From Octopus sinensis (Eukaryota), in assembly GCF_006345805.1 (NCBI RefSeq), contig NC_043007.1, positions 24,800,001-24,864,000 on the forward strand: a DNA stretch of 64,000 nucleotides. The letters are read 5' to 3'. The notes beneath the pieces are model-generated. The model was not told the origin of the DNA. It saw only the letters and a program-made list of their open reading frames with translations, and did no database searches. The position numbers and the translations under genes were made by a program. Of this stretch, positions 27,633 through 39,379 are shown one piece after another (position 1 is the stretch's first letter; each line of letters begins with the position of its first letter).

Positions 27633-27997
27633 CTAGCACTATGACCTGGCAACGCCGGGTCATAGTGCTAGTGCATGTATATACAGCTGCGTGCGCGCAC
27701 ACATACACGCGAGTACTGTCCAAATCTCCGACCAATCACATACAGCTAGCTGGCATTCAATTGGCGTATCAAGTTTCGGGCATTTTGATTGGGTTTTGGA
27801 TAGAAAATTCACAAAAAGGTCACTTCTATTGATTTTTTTAATGGCTTTGCAGGGTGACTGGGGAAATGTAAAGATGTGCACGACCACTCTTGGACGGTTT
27901 TGAATGACCATAGAAAGTGCGAGCCCTCTAACTGAAAAATTGTGGATTTGTATAAAGGACACGCACACAGACATTTTGCCATTTATATATATAGAGA
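27633..27997 (-). mobile_element. Non-autonomous Helitron, copy 2
   Basis: 5' TC start, 3' hairpin + CTAG, inserted between A and T with no TSD. Confidence 0.82.
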
Positions 27998-28728
27998 TAC
28001 TCAGGAACCTCTTCCACAGGACCATCAAAAGCAGCCATCATTACACTTTCCTGCTGCATTTCCAAGCATGACCAGCTGAAACAATGGATAATATCTAACC
28101 ATCTTACTCATCAGCAATTATTTTTCCTGGAGGAATTTATAATTAAATCTTTCGTTTCATTTACTATTTTGTATAATTAATTATACAAAATCCTCTTCTG
28201 TTTTTGCAAGTGGCTGTTTTTTACATTGAGAAAATGGCATTTTTTTCCCCCATTGTAACTGTAGCTGTATCCAGATCACAATAAACAGGAGAGACAATTT
28301 TTGTCCTAACGAACAATACATTATTCCTGGATGTAATTAGTCATTAATGTAATATTGTTCAGCCAATACCTAGAGGCAAGTGTGATGGTACTTAAACCCT
28401 TGTAAAATATGGGTTGTCTGAATATCGCATGGAAAAAAAAACACTTGGCCAAACAAAGACTGTATGGCAACAATTGATGTCACTGGGGAAAGAGAGAGAG
28501 AAGAGGAGGAGGGGGAGGGAGAGGGAGAGATGCATTCATTTGTATGATATTGGTGGAGAGCTAAGCAAGAAGACATTAGTGATAGATACCCTGACAGCTG
28601 TCCAACAAAAACCATGATTGACCAGCTCTGCATGGAAACAGGATATTACTCTGTTGACTTTCTTTACACTATGCAGGATCTTAATGGATGATGTGATTGA
28701 AATGAGTAAATTCAAGCAAGCTCAGTGA

Positions 28729-28778
<50 letters not shown>

Positions 28779-30083
28779 CAATGACGATGATATTATACTG
28801 TAGTACCTATGCAAACAATATTATGGATAAAGAAGAAAGCAGAACTAAAAAAGATGAAGAGATGGCAAGTCAAGACTCCCAATATGTATAACAGAAAATG
28901 GGCGCATGCTACTGAAGACACTCTTGTATTGAGAACTCAAATCAGAAAACAATAGATTGCAAGAACAACTGATCAGCACTAATGGAGACTGATTAATTTG
29001 GTTGAAAGCTAAATAATGCAAATGCAGTGGCCCAATCTCAAAATGTACACATGAAGCAAAAGAAAGTATGTTTGCTGGTACAGCAGCAAAATGATCTTTC
29101 CATTGCTTCTTTGGCTGTCGTGATGGTGATGAGGAGTCAAAATAGAACCCGAGAGCTATTCTAATGATGCGCTTGTGGAAGTGGTTAAGCATAAACTGTA
29201 ATGCATGAATATGATTTGTTCTGAATGCCAAGCAAGCATGTAAAAGTGGCTCAGCTTATACCATAACCAAAGTTTGTTGAACAAACGAACAATTGAAAGC
29301 TACCTCCAATTAATGGAATTCCAGTGTTATTAAATTTGACTTGAAACAGCAATGAATGACGATGACAATAACAACTGTTGCTGAGCGACACATGAGTGGG
29401 CACACATTTATATATGTAATTAAAAGTATCCATCTTTCAATAAGTTTTATAGAAATCGAGACAGAACAAACAAAGCTACAATTAATTCAATCAGGAAAAA
29501 AAAAAAAAGAAACAAAAATGCTAACAGTAATGGCTTTAATACTAATGTTCATTTGAATATATTAACACAGTAAACGTCTGTGGGATTGTGGGTAATAAAT
29601 ACAAACAACACGGTCTGTCATATATACCAAGCAATCAATAAATAAACACGTTTATTTGGAACTATTGCTGTTGTTGATGCTTTTATTGGCAAAGTCATTG
29701 CAGCATTGGGAAGAGTGACTTACAGTTTTTGCTTTGAATCTCGAAGCTCTGAGTTCAAATCTCACCAAGATCAACTTTGCTTTTTATACAAAAAGAAAAA
29801 AAAAGTACCATCACAGGGCGGTGTATTGGTAAAATTATTGGATCATTGGATTGGATGCCATTTGGTATTTGTTCTGACTCTTTGCTTTCTGAGTTCAATC
29901 TCACCATGGCCTTTTTGGTTGGTAGACTTAATCCATTGCCTGTTTTAACACTGTCGCTTGGCCCTTTCATTGCCATTAATAGAGTTCACTCACTTGCAAG
30001 CATTCAAATCTGGGCATCAAGTCACCTTCAATCTTCCCTCTCCCTAATCTGAGAAGCCACATAAAGGGTCAAGGGTACTGACT

Positions 30084-30124
<41 letters not shown>

Positions 30125-31282
30125 CATCATGATTCAACATCCATTTTTCCATGCTGGAATGGGTTGGACACCATGAGATCTGGTGAGCTACAGGGATGAG
30201 TTAAGCTCCCATGTCATCTTTGGCATGATTTCTATATTATAATGCTCTTCCTAAAGCCTTTCCTCCTGACTAAGCGATTAACACACACACACACAGCTTA
30301 CTGGGATGAGATAAGCCAAGAAGCAGCAACCAAATCTTCCTAAAAACCACACCCTATAATCTTTAAAAGAAAGACAGATTGGAATTCTTGTGGTGCCCGT
30401 TTCAACTCTTTGTATACTGAGTTCAAATTCCACCCAAATACTAATAGGTAGGGCTAACCTCCATGAAGCATGAGAGTACCCTGTCCAACCAGCAATTGGC
30501 CAGCATGGGCAGTCAAGCCTACAAATAGTAGAGACATTTTGGCCGCAATGTGCAGAGATAAGGGACTAAAATTGGCTGAATGGACTAAAAAAAAAAATGC
30601 CTTAATCAAGCAATTAAGACATTCCACCCATGACTATATTATCCCAACTTGTTTTCTTCAGACATAGTGTACAGGAGAAGGCATGGTTGTGTAAAAGTGA
30701 AAAAGTAAAAATTACCTTCTTCAGTCATATTGACTCATAAGGGGCAGTTTCCTGGTTTCCCTTGCAGATATATATTACCCATGTGGATGGGATGCCTGTC
30801 CATTATGGGATTACTCATTTTTGCCAGCTGAATGAACTGGAGCAATGTGAAATAAAGGGTGTTGCTCAAGAACACAATGCCTCGCTTGATCCAGGAATTG
30901 AAACCACAATCTTATGATCATGAGTCTAACACCCTAACCACTTAGCCACCACATGCCTCCATTGGCATGGTTGTATGGTTAAGAAGAATACTTCCCAAGC
31001 ACGTGTCCTTGGGTTCAGTTCCACTGCACGACACCTTGGCCAAGTGTTTTCTACTAGAGCCCTGGGCTGACCAAAGCTTCGAGAGAGGACTTGGTAGATG
31101 GAAACTACACACACAACACACACCTTGGTTGGAAACAGGTGAGAATCAATGGCAGTCATAGAAAATCAGACTCAATAAATTCTTTTGACCCATGCAAGCA
31201 TGAAAAGACGATGGTGATGATGAAGATGATGATTATGATGATGATGATGGTGGTGATGGAAAAGTAACTAGATTATCTAATA

Positions 31283-31539
31283 TAGTGGTTCTCAACCATA
31301 TTTTGCCTATGGATCCCTTTGATTCCTATTTTACTCAGGAGTGGGATCTCATAGCCATTTGATGTCTAAAAACTGCAATTATATTTTTATAATTAAATAT
31401 CATCAGAAACAATATCTAAAAAATTGTTAAAATATTTTATGTAGTGTAGAAGTATGAGCAATTTATTGCGCATAAATTTTACCAACAAAATCTTATATGG
31501 ACCTTTAAAGGTCATAGGGACCCTCTTTGAGAACCACTG
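31283..31539. mobile_element. hAT (Charlie-like) MITE
   Basis: TIRs (C/T)AGTGGTTCTCAA...TTGAGAACCACTG; 8-bp TSD ATCTAATA/ATTTAATA. Confidence 0.8.
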
Positions 31540-32467
31540 ATTTAATAGACCTTTTGCTCTTTTAAGAGAATAAGATGTGATATGCAAAAGAATTTCACTG
31601 TTATTTCTAACAGATTGAATGACCATGTAGAGGCTTTATCGTTGGCACATGTCTTATAGTGTTTGTTATTGCTTATGTCATTGCAGTTCAGGCATTTAGT
31701 CATTACTGACCCAGTAGCACTACGATCAAGGACATTCCAACTGTGCCAGCTCTGTCTATTTTCTTTCAGACATAATGTATCAAGGTCTACATTAACCAAA
31801 ATGTTACATTTACTTCCTTTTCTTTTTTTTTTTAAGACCATAGGCTGTGATTTGAGGAAGATTTAGTTAGTGTTTCTAGCTGGCTCTGATAATCAGCAAT
31901 GACTTAGTCAACGAATCTTCTGCGACAGTCAACAATCAATGGTAAGATAGCTGCTATGGATCACACTATCCCAAAGTGTGTATGTCTATGACCAGGGACC
32001 ACAGAACATAATTTCTACACCTCAACCGTGATAACGACTATGAATACAGCATCTGTGCTATTTGACACGCTGCTCTCCAAGTGAGGAATTTGTCAAACTT
32101 ACAAGCTGATGTTTGGGCTGCAGGCAGAAGCACTACTTCACCTACTATAACAGCCTTGACTATGGGATGTAGTCAGCATTCATGAGGGATGTGGTGAACA
32201 CGTCGGTCAGAGCTAGCTCAATCCACCCCAGGTAAACACCATTGCATGTACAAGTAAGTAATTTTTGAAAATTGGTGTTAGGAAGGGCACCCAGCTGTAG
32301 AAACCATGCCAAATCAGATTGGAACTTGGTGCATGCTCCCCAGCTTACCATTTCTCATTCAGACCATCCAACCCATACCAGCATGGAAAATGGATCTTAA
32401 ACGATGATTATGCTGATGATGACGATGTTGATCAACAAGGTTTAAATGAAGAAATAAACATAATCAC

Positions 32468-32679
32468 CTTGTTTAAATATTTGTTTTAACAGGAGAGATT
32501 CGAGAGATGGGTCCAGTTCTTCACCGACATTTTCCAACAGACAAGGATAGCCAAGCTGGATGCAATTCTCCAGAGTCCGCATGTAATCTGGGTCGGTCAG
32601 TTTTATTACGGCCAAATTGCTTTTCTCAGAGTTCTTCACCCATTTGTTTGCTTGACCTTGAGGGTCAATCATTAATGGC
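32468..32679 (-). CDS. DNAH12: DNAH12-like exon 8; AAA5
   Basis: tggcag|G..CAAG|gtgatt; [19 protein letters not shown]...[24 protein letters not shown]; 212 nt. Confidence 0.96.
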
Positions 32680-33095
32680 CTGCCAAAGAAGAAACAATAC
32701 ATACTCAACAATCAGAACAAAAGGCACCAGAATTTAGCATGGTATTATCCATGTAATTCAAAATGGGGTGATTACAATCAAAATAAGCAACAAGGATATC
32801 CAGAGGTAATGCAGTACGATCGTTTCATGCGACTCCATTTAATTGAACAATGAAAATATTACATCAATCTTGTTGATGAAACATGTTCTTTGTCTATCTA
32901 TTTATCCTCTTTGTGATTTTGGTTAATGGAAAAACTATACAAATGAATCCTTCGAATTTAACTAAATTCTATATTTTTATGCAGCTGAAGGTTGCTCTAC
33001 AATTTAAAATTGGTGTAATATATATATGATAGATCGTTAGCTACTACACACATTTTTTTTCTCTCCCTTTTTTCTCTCCTTGTTTTTTCTGTTTA

Positions 33096-33133
33096 TCTTT
33101 CTGTAGAAGAGTGTAGGCTCGAAACATAAAAGA
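33096..33133 (+). ncRNA. Degenerate hammerhead motif in a Penelope-like pLTR (~33030-33230)
   Basis: TCTTT-CTGTAGA-A-GAGTgtagGCTC-GAAA-CAT-A-AAAGA; the downstream part recurs at 62180-62260 (+) and 52862-52925 (-). Confidence 0.5.
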
Positions 33134-33488
33134 CTTTTTCTATTCCTGAGCGCTATACTAATACATCTGTTTGTTTGTATACCACCTGCCTTCGTCTTTT
33201 GTTTATTTTCGTAAACTTTCCCTTTGTATATATATATATAACTCCAAGAATGTTAGAGGTTGTGAATCCAACCAACTAAGGGATAATATCTATCCAATAT
33301 ACAGTTGGTAGAATACCCAATTATTAATACACAAGTGTTTTTTATTGCATTGCAATTACATTACCTAGTGTACTAAATGGGTGAAGGTGTCAGTTTAGTA
33401 AATAAATAAATAAGTTAACATAATATAATGTCTAAAAGTTGATGAACCACCTATTGATCCCCTCCATTTTCTTATTGCTATATACATA

Positions 33489-33528
<40 letters not shown>

Positions 33529-36155
33529 ACATACATGGATAAAAACACATATGTTGAGGATGTGACAACGATGATGACAAGGGCAATGGTAATGATGGTG
33601 TGGGTGATAATGCCAATGATAATGACAGGAATTCTTCTTTTGGACATAGAATACTTGGAAACAGAGTCAGCACTGTTGTCTTTTTTTTCCAGTTAATCCT
33701 GATATAATTTGTGCAAGTCAGATGGGATGCTCATGGTTGGAATGCTGTGATCGTAGGTCTTGTCAGTCAGGATTTGTGTGTAGCTAAATAACAACATGAC
33801 TATCGACATTATACTCAGACACAAAACCTCCACTCTATACTTGTCATGACCACTGCCACCACCACCACCACCACCAGCAGTAACAGCACCACTACCAATA
33901 CTACAACTTACACTTCACTCATGACACCCAATAGCACCACCATCACCAACACCACCTCCACCGCTACAACTATCACCACACTTGTGACTACTACAGCCAC
34001 CACTAATATATCTGAGTTAATCTAAAGAGAAGAGGTGGTGTCCATGCCCTTTACTGACTCTACTCCTAAACTGGACACTGACGCAGCTGATGCCAATGTA
34101 AGCAGAGAGGGATCAAGGAATCCAGTTTTAATGCTTCTTATAACAGTAAACTTTCTTGTTTAAGACACCCATGGAGCAGGTAATGTCAACTGTGGTGGTG
34201 ATAGCAATGGTTGTGGTAGTGATGGTGACGGTGGTGACGGTGGTAGTGATAGTAGTGGTGATGGTTGTGGTGGTAGTGATGACGGCAGTGGTGGTGATGG
34301 TAGTTGTAGTGGTGGTGGTGATGGCAACAATGGTAGTAGTGATGGTGACGATGGTGGTGGTGATGGTTGTGGCGGTAGTGATGATAGTTGTGGTGGTGAG
34401 GGTGTGATATTGAGGGTGGTAATTGATAGTGGTGGTGTTAAACTAGTTGGTGAAGTGCGAGATTATATAATTGTTCAATACATTTAATGCCTCATGCTGA
34501 CAGCTACTTAACAGTGGTATATCATGCAGATGGTGCCTCTGAATTAATTCATTTTTAAAAATACATTTCTCTTCTTATCTGTCTGACCATACGAGGTGGT
34601 ATCAAAATGTTCCTGGACTAATTATGTTTAATAAAAAAAATAACTTATTTGCATAAGCTTTAACATCATCTCCTTCAGAATAGTCACCTTGCACAGCTAT
34701 TCACTGGTCCCAGCATTGCTGCCAGTTTTGAAATCTAGCCTGGAAGTTGTTTTCCATAAGCAAGTTCGGTGGCACGTAAAAGAACCATCCGAAAGTGGCC
34801 ATTGCCAGCGCCGCCTCAACTGGCTTCCGTGCCGGTGGCATGTAAAAAGCACCAACCAATAGTAGCCGTTGCCAGCCTTGCCTGGCACGTAAAATGCACC
34901 CACTACACTCACGGACTGGTTGGCATTAGGAAGGGCATCCAGCTGTAGAAACACTGCCAGATCAGACTGGGCCTGGCGCAGCCTCCTGGCTTCCCAGACC
35001 CCAGTCGAACCGTCCAACCCATGCTAGCATGGAAAGCGGACATTAAACGATGATGATGATGATGATGATGATGAAGTTGACGACCTTCAGTGATTTGCTT
35101 TGGATCTCGATACTGGTGTTAAAACAGTGACCTTTAAGCTGCCTTTTTCATCTTGGGGGAGAAATGGATGTCTGCAGGTGCTAAATCTGGCGAATAGGGT
35201 GAGTGTGTTGTTTTTGGCAAGAAACCCACAGGTGAGGAGAGTTCAGTGGCAGGGTGCATTGACATCGTGAAGAATCCAATTTTTGAAAGAATTCCGCCTG
35301 TCCTCCTCTCCATTTTCTCCCAAATTCCAGTTCTTCATGCTTCACAGATCTGGTCGCTTTCGCTGAATGTCCTCCCTTCAAAACACTTCAAAACATTGCA
35401 GCAGAACTCCTGATTGATGGGCTTGCCCAGGAGGTGGGGGGGAACGAATTCTCAATGGATGTGTGGATGTAAAAAAAAAAAAAATTATAAGCGCAGGAGT
35501 GGTTGTGTGGTAAGTAGCTTGCTAACCAGCCACATGGTTCCGGGTTCAGTCCCACTGCGTGGCATCTTGGGCAAGTCTCTTCTGCTATAGCCCCGGGCCG
35601 ACCAATGCCTTGTGAGTATATTTGGTAGACGGAAACTGAAAGAAGCCTGTTGTATATATGTATATATATGTATAAGTGTGTGCGTATATGTTTGTGTGTG
35701 TGTGTTTGTCCCCCGTCACTTAGCGGTTCGGCAAAAGAGACCGACAGAATAAGTACTGGGCTTACAAAGAATAAGTCCCGGGGTCGATTTGCTCGACTAA
35801 AGGCGGTGCTCCAGCATGGCCGCAGTCAAATGACTGAAACAAATAAAAGAAAAATAAAAAGAAAAAGAAAGCATGCTCTTGATTGAGCTGTGGTTCTGTC
35901 TTGCTTTCTTCAGTCATGGAGTTGGAGGCTTCTTCCATTGTGACAACTGTTGCTTTGTCTCAAGGCCGTACCTGTAGACCCAACTCGTGTCACTGGTGAA
36001 GATCCTTGACATGAAGGATGGGTCATCAGCGACACACTGACAGAGATCTTGATAGATTTCAACATAATGTTCTTTCAGTTCTATATTTAAGAGATTAGGA
36101 ATTATTTACATTATTTACATTTGACGGATATTTGTCCTCATCTTGTTTGTTGTTA

Positions 36156-36199
36156 ACACAGCATTTCGGCTGATATACACTCCAGCCTTCATCAGGTGT
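36156..36199 (-). ncRNA. Type I hammerhead ribozyme motif (inverted copy)
   Basis: Minus strand ACAC-CTGATGA-A-GGCTG..CAGCC-GAAA-TGCT-GTGT. Confidence 0.7.
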
Positions 36200-36335
36200 C
36201 TTGGGGAAATTTCGAACCTGGGTTCTCATTCCTAAGGTATTTTTCAATGTTATTATGGTGTAGTGGTTAAGAGCATGGGCTACTAACCCCAAGATTCCAA
36301 GTTCAATTTCAGGCAGTGACCTGAACAATAATAAC

Positions 36336-36377
<42 letters not shown>

Positions 36378-36438
36378 AACAACAACAACATTGAAAAATA
36401 TCTTAGAAATGAGAACCCAGGTTTGAAATTTCCCCAAG

Positions 36439-36482
36439 ACACCTGATGAAGGCTGGAGGGTATATCAGCTGAAATGTTGTGT
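36439..36482 (+). ncRNA. Type I hammerhead ribozyme motif
   Basis: ACAC-CTGATGA-A-GGCTG..CAGCT-GAAA-TGTT-GTGT: stem I ACAC/GTGT, core CUGAUGA, stem II, GAAA. Confidence 0.75.
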
Positions 36483-37088
36483 TAACAACAAACAAGATGA
36501 GGGACAAATATCCGTCAAATGTAAATAATGTCTGTGGTCAGCAGGTGAAGGACAAACTTGGCAGAGACATGCATGATCAATTAAGATGTTAGGATTGCCT
36601 ACGATAGAACAACAACATCAGTAATGTTGTTGATTGTCCTCCAACGATTCTCATTCATAAGCTGATGAATTTTCTACCCATTTCCAAAGGGTTACACTCA
36701 TGGCAGGTCTTCCAGATCACTCATTGACTTCTAGGGATGTTCTTCCGCTTTTGAGGTGCCCCATACTGCTCAAAACATTGCATGCAACCTGATGCCTCAT
36801 TGCCATAAGCTTGCTGAAGCATGCGCAACGTCTCTGTAGCAGATTTCTTAAGTTCAGTGCAAAATTTCATATTGGATCTTTGTTCTTGTCTATGACAAAA
36901 TCGCCAACAACAGCATACATGTGACCACGAAAACACAAATTTCACAACTTGTGAAGTAAACACAGAGAAGTCTAGTGGCACACTGCCTCATGAAGATCAC
37001 TGCTCTCACAGTGCACACAACCATGTACTTCTGTCTGTTAGCATGCTACAGAACTAGACCAGGAACTTTTTGATACCACCTCATATAT

Positions 37089-37505
37089 ATTTCTTTATTG
37101 CCCACAAGGGGCTAAACATAGAGGGGACAAACAAGGACAGACAAAGGGATTGAGTCGGTTACATCGACCCCAGTGCGAAACTGGTACTTTATTTATCGAC
37201 CCCGAAAGGATGAAAGGCAAAGTTGACCTCGGCGGAATTTGAACTCAGAACGTAATGACAGACAAAATACCTATTTCTTTACTACCCACAAGGGGCTAAA
37301 CACAGAGGGGACAAACAAGGACAGACAAAGGGATTAAGTCGGTTACATCAACCACAGTGCGAAACTGGTACTTTATTTATCGACCCCGAAAGGATGAAAG
37401 GCAAAGTCGACCTCGGTGGAATTTGAACTCAGAACGTAACGACAAACAAAATACCGCTAAGCATTTCGCCCGACGCGCTAACGTTTCTGCCAGCTCGCCG
37501 CCTTG
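37089..37505 (-). mobile_element. Tandem dimer of a second abundant SINE (AGGCGGCGAGCTGGCAGAA head); monomers at ~6047-6265(+), 7780-8015(-), 16335-16570(-), 43988-44204(-), 61100-61316(-)
   Basis: Central GCCTTTCATCCTTTCGGGGTCGATAAAT..AGTACCAG block; 16-bp TSD ATACCACCTCATATAT at 37073 and 37513. Confidence 0.88.
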
Positions 37506-38362
37506 ATATATTATACCACCTCATATATTGAAACATGCTGTTGAATAAAAACTGCTTATAACTCAAAATTTGATGCACTCATAATTCTAAACTAACTCTA
37601 GCTTGATCTCATAAATACTAGAAAGAACCAATGAGCCTGAAATTTGCAAAATTTTCACTGCTAGACAAAGTTAAGTTGCAACAGTTTCCAGACTAAAACC
37701 ACAATTTTTATTCATAAAGAAGCTTGGATTATTTTTAGGCATTAAATACAGTCTCATAGAGTGAAGCAATGATTCATGTTTAATAATCACCTTGTCACAT
37801 ATTTTTCAGGAATTATGATAATTATTCATTTATTCAAACATTATTATTATAAACTACATGTTTATTTTCTATAATTATTATAATCACACATTTATTTGAT
37901 AATTATGACTACAAATTCATTTCTATAATCATCATATTCATACATATTTTTTTGATAATTATGGTAATCGTTCATTTTTCAAATTCTTTTCCCATAATTA
38001 ACGTTGTCTGAACTTCACCTAAGTGAAATAAAATGATTAGCCTTTTCACAAGAAATAATTAATTATCTTCTTTAATATAAGATCATCCCCACATGTTTTA
38101 TATGATTAAATCAACACTTAATAATACACGATTGGTTAAATAAACAAGTTCCAGTTATGACCATTACCACCTATTTTTACAGTCTAGTGTGTCTGGAATT
38201 ACTTCATCCAATATGCCTTTCTTTTAATCTGATATAGTGTGAGCTAAAGGAAATTGTAATTTTTTTTTAATCTTTTAGCCAGGAGAGAATGCAGTGCATG
38301 TACACACATGCAACCCCACCACACACACACACAGATACAAGAAATAAAACTAAATATATGAG

Positions 38363-38618
38363 TATATATATATATAAAAGGCAGGATGTGTGTGTGTGTG
38401 TACGTGAATGTAATTTATGCATGTCCACAAATAAGCACGCATGTCGCTCCAATTTTAGGAGGACATTCGTTATGACCCTAGCTGTATTTTTGTCAACTTA
38501 TTTTTCTCAGAGGCACCAGTGGATAGCGGTAAAAATAAATTTTCAACTAAAACTTTTAACAATTTTCAAGTTCTAAGGGGTTGAAACAAACCCGAGCAAC
38601 GCTGGGCGATACTACTAG
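38363..38618 (+). mobile_element. Non-autonomous Helitron, different family
   Basis: TATATATATAAAAGGCAGGA(TG)n ... CCCGAGCAACGCTGGG hairpin ... CTAG|T. Confidence 0.6.
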
Positions 38619-39233
38619 TATCATATATTTAGTTTCATACATCAAGCAAGCCACACACCTATGGAGGAAAGGGCTGCAGTCTTTTCAGTCATAACCATTC
38701 TGTTCATTTCTAGAATGCATTCTTGGAATGCTTAAGGCAATCCTGTACTTAATTTGTAGTTTATTTCGTGAAGCTTGGAAAGATGAATGGTTAATGTTGA
38801 CCACACCAAAATTTGAACTCAGAATTACAAAGAGCCAGAAAAAAAAAACTGCAAGACATTTTTTTCCTGATGCTTTAAAGATTCTGTCAATCTGATGACC
38901 TTATGATGGCAGTGGTGATGATGATGATGATGACGGTGAGAGTGGTGGTGGTGGCAGCGGTACTGGTAATGGTGGTGGGTGTGTCGATGACGATGATGAT
39001 AATGATGATGATGTTGGTAGTGACGATGGTAGTGGGGGTGCTGGAAAAAATAAAATCTAATAAAAATCTTGAGTGGGAGCGAAAGTGTTTGTCTGTGACG
39101 TGAAGCAATCCAAAGGACAAAAGTACGTTAATTAAAGCAACAAGTGAATAACTTTGGTCGTGCCAAGATATTAAGTCTCTACTAAGCTGTTTATATAAAG
39201 ATAAAATAAATGAAAGACTTTCGGAAAGCTTAC

Positions 39234-39379
39234 CAGCGTCTGGAATTAGCTACAATAACACCATTCTCAATAGAGAAATTATCACATGGTAATCCAGCAA
39301 GATTCCAAGCCTGTATTTTGATTGGTTCTCCAAGAGTTTTACTCAAGTAGAATTCATCTGAACACGGAATCGATTTGCT
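39234..39379 (-). CDS. DNAH12: DNAH12-like exon 7; start of AAA5
   Basis: ccatag|AGC..TG|gtaagc; SKSIPCSDEFYLSKTLGEPIKIQAWNLAGLPCDNFSIENGVIVANSRR(W); 146 nt. Confidence 0.95.

Larger units (their letters stand above)
36083..36530. mobile_element. Composite retroposon: inverted hammerhead-bearing tail + tRNA-like head + (AAT)n + hammerhead-bearing tail
   Basis: 36108-36251 is the reverse complement of 36387-36531; tRNA-like 36256-36323; insertion splits the mariner frame at TCT/TCT. Confidence 0.8.
34592..37083 (-). mobile_element. Decayed mariner element with TIRs and three nested insertions
   Basis: TA|CGAGGTGGTATCAAAATGTTCCTGGACTA ... TAGACCAGGAACTTTTTGATACCACCTCA|TA; HTH remnant EQRSNMKFCTELKKSATETLRMLQQAYGNEA; WVPHEL-like remnant FVLHLLTTELKEHYVEI; C-terminal FQNWQQCWD..QGDYSEG. 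Confidence 0.88.

Noticed and set aside
28845-29231. 128-aa minus-strand ORF as a nested gene
   Set aside because: No recognisable domain; the plus strand reads like a decayed RTE 3' end (..ENGRMLLKTLLY*ELKS..).
27050-29895. ~110-bp direct repeat (27050-27165 and 29790-29895) as an LTR pair
   Set aside because: The unit is a decayed SINE head with no TG..CA ends, PBS or internal gag/pol; it is probably an old local duplication.
36256-36323. Functional tRNA gene (also SINE heads at 1377, 40508, 57818 and ~55900-55970)
   Set aside because: The acceptor stem is incomplete or the sequence runs on into repeat bodies with TSDs; these are tRNA-derived heads.
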